From Cyanobacteriota bacterium (GTDB taxonomy: Bacteria > Cyanobacteriota > Cyanobacteriia > Cyanobacteriales > Microcoleaceae), in NCBI GenBank assembly GCA_025362325.1, contig JANYGO010000123.1:10229-74228 (forward strand): a stretch of DNA of 64,000 nt, read 5' to 3'. The translations under genes were made by a program, and so were the position numbers. This document shows, piece by piece, positions 62,515-64,000 of this stretch. Position 1 is the stretch's first letter. Each line of letters opens with the position of its first letter. The notes beneath the pieces were generated by a model. The model saw only the letters and a program-made list of their open reading frames with translations. It searched no databases and had not been told where the DNA came from.

Positions 62515-62811
62515 ATGGGATATTTAATTGGCGCAATCGTCCTGGGAATGTTAATTTGGGCCGGGTTCGAGATTGTCCAAACCATCCGCAACTGGGAATC
62601 CAATCCCACAGAAACTACCAGCAAAATTCAGGCTGATATGATCAAAGAAACATATCGCGGTCAATTGGGGGGTCAGGCATTGGACGGAGGGAGTCAGGTT
62701 GTCCTACAAGCTATCCAAGCCAGTCACTGCGCCACTGAAGCAGCTTGCGAAGCTTCCCCCAACGCGATAGTCCATGTCGTAGAAGGCTTGTTGCACGTGG
62801 TGCATCATTAA
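62515..62811 (+). CDS. Hypothetical protein with an N-terminal membrane anchor
   Basis: ATG-started 98-aa ORF, hydrophobic N-terminus; no recognised motif. Confidence 0.5.
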   Translation: MGYLIGAIVLGMLIWAGFEIVQTIRNWESNPTETTSKIQADMIKETYRGQLGGQALDGGSQVVLQAIQASHCATEAACEASPNAIVHVVEGLLHVVHH

Positions 62812-62849
62812 AATTGCGATGGGAGCATCCCATTTTTGCAAATATATCC

Positions 62850-62925
62850 GTAGGGGCGAAGCATTGCGGCAGTAAGTCTCTGCTTATAACTAATAAATTA
62901 TCTGCCGTCAGGTGCTTCGCCCTAC
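62850..62925. repeat. GTAG-type REP-like inverted repeat
   Basis: GTAGGGGCGAAGCA...TGCTTCGCCCTAC. Confidence 0.7.
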
Positions 62926-63025
62926 AAAATTGAGATGCACCCATTGCGATCGGGTAAAAAACATAATAACCACTGGTAGAATGAATGGAAAATGCAACTG
63001 CAAATTTTCCATTCATTCTCAATTC

Positions 63026-64000
63026 TTACGCTTTCGGCTCAACCCAAACCGTCATCCCTTCAACCCTCAAACCTTTGCCGCGAGTGCCGCAATATTGACC
63101 GTTAGCAGTAACAGGAGTATCACCCACATTCTGGATATGAGCCGTATAAAATACGTCGTACTTATCAGCTTCCGGCCCAGTCAGCCGCGCGGCAAATCCC
63201 TCAATGCGCTTAGCTTTGCCCCGGAAACCGGCCAACTCCCCTTCCGAGATCCAAGCAGTATCGCCAACTCCTTCAACGTGAGCCATGTACTGCAAATTTA
63301 AACCGGCTGCGGGAGGCTCTATTTTAATTTGAAATCCTTCGACGCGACGCCCTTGAGCCTTTGTACCAGCATATTCTCGATCGCTAAAAGTTCGATCGCC
63401 AATTCCTTGAATATGCGCCAACACTTTTAAACCCACAGGCGCCGCAGCTTGGGCACTCGCAGACGGCGCGATCCAAACTTTGATGCCCTCAATTCTCAAA
63501 GCTTTGCCACGAGTGCCGCAATAATCGCCGTTGGAGGACACATCGGTGTCGCCGATATTCTGAATGTGAGCGGTATAAAATACGTCGTACTTATCAGCTT
63601 GCGGCCCGCTCAATCGCACTGCAAATCCTTCAATTCGTTTCGCTTGACCCCGAAAACCTGCCAATTCTCCATCGCTAATCCAAGGAGTATCGCCAACACC
63701 TTCGACGTGAGCCATGTACTCGACTGTTAAGCCGGCAATTGGTGGCTCGATATTAATTCCAAATCCTTCGACGCGCCGCCCTTGAGCTTTCGTACCGGCG
63801 TATTCTTGAGCACCGAAAGTTCGATCGCCAATTCCCTGAATGTGCGCCAAAACTTTCAATCCCAAACCGCCCTCTACTGGCGCTTGTTGAATCTCCCGAG
63901 GTGCCCCAAAGATAATGTTGCCGGAGCCGGTTGTTTGCAGGGATTTGGGTACTTCCACGCTGGGAACGATAATCACCTCGTGCATGGGTGCCGAAGGTGC
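63026..64000 (-). CDS. Clostridial hydrophobic-W (ChW)-repeat protein, possibly 5'-truncated by the window edge
   Basis: Repeated AH(I/V)(Q/E)G(I/V)GD..GT/GF..RR(V/I)EG units; frame is open from ATG 63985 to the window end. Confidence 0.75.
   Translation of the reverse strand, partial: APSAPMHEVIIVPSVEVPKSLQTTGSGNIIFGAPREIQQAPVEGGLGLKVLAHIQGIGDRTFGAQEYAGTKAQGRRVEGFGINIEPPIAGLTVEYMAHVEGVGDTPWISDGELAGFRGQAKRIEGFAVRLSGPQADKYDVFYTAHIQNIGDTDVSSNGDYCGTRGKALRIEGIKVWIAPSASAQAAAPVGLKVLAHIQGIGDRTFSDREYAGTKAQGRRVEGFQIKIEPPAAGLNLQYMAHVEGVGDTAWISEGELAGFRGKAKRIEGFAARLTGPEADKYDVFYTAHIQNVGDTPVTANGQYCGTRGKGLRVEGMTVWVEPKA

Noticed and set aside
1-64000. tRNA, rRNA, integrase, transposase, reverse transcriptase or prophage genes
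   Set aside because: No T-loop/cloverleaf, rRNA or relevant protein motifs were seen by eye.

Overview
This is a 64 kb chromosomal window from a filamentous cyanobacterium, most likely Microcoleus/Oscillatoriales. That placement is inferred from psbK, frequent HIP1 (GCGATCGC) sites, heptamer STRR tracts and Uma2 genes. Most of the window is housekeeping and signalling genes (lipB, hpf, pheT, mtnP, avtA, sat, mntP, psbK, tgt, cobS, three histidine kinases, a Ser/Thr kinase), with many miniature repeats between them. The strongest candidate for an undescribed system is an AT-rich, translationally coupled two-gene operon at 12379-19084 (minus strand), between a peroxiredoxin gene and a YciI gene. 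The 1013-aa first protein ends in a region that follows Argonaute MID-PIWI topology by eye but lacks the DEDX catalytic tetrad. The ~1224-aa second protein fuses a putative RecB-like nuclease domain to an SF2 helicase. The layout resembles DdmDE or pPIWI-RE, but I could not assign it to a named system and the fold call needs an HMM or structure search. Other notable items: an orphan CRISPR array (37-bp repeats) ending in a degenerate repeat pair around a 21-bp spacer; a solitary HNH nuclease with an unrecognised N-terminal domain; a histidine kinase with His replaced by Gln; a Tat-signal pseudo-caspase; a miniature IS200/IS605-type element; and several repeat-associated gene remnants. No tRNA, rRNA, cas or transposase genes were seen. 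All calls are by eye from the sequence and ORF track; no database searches were run.
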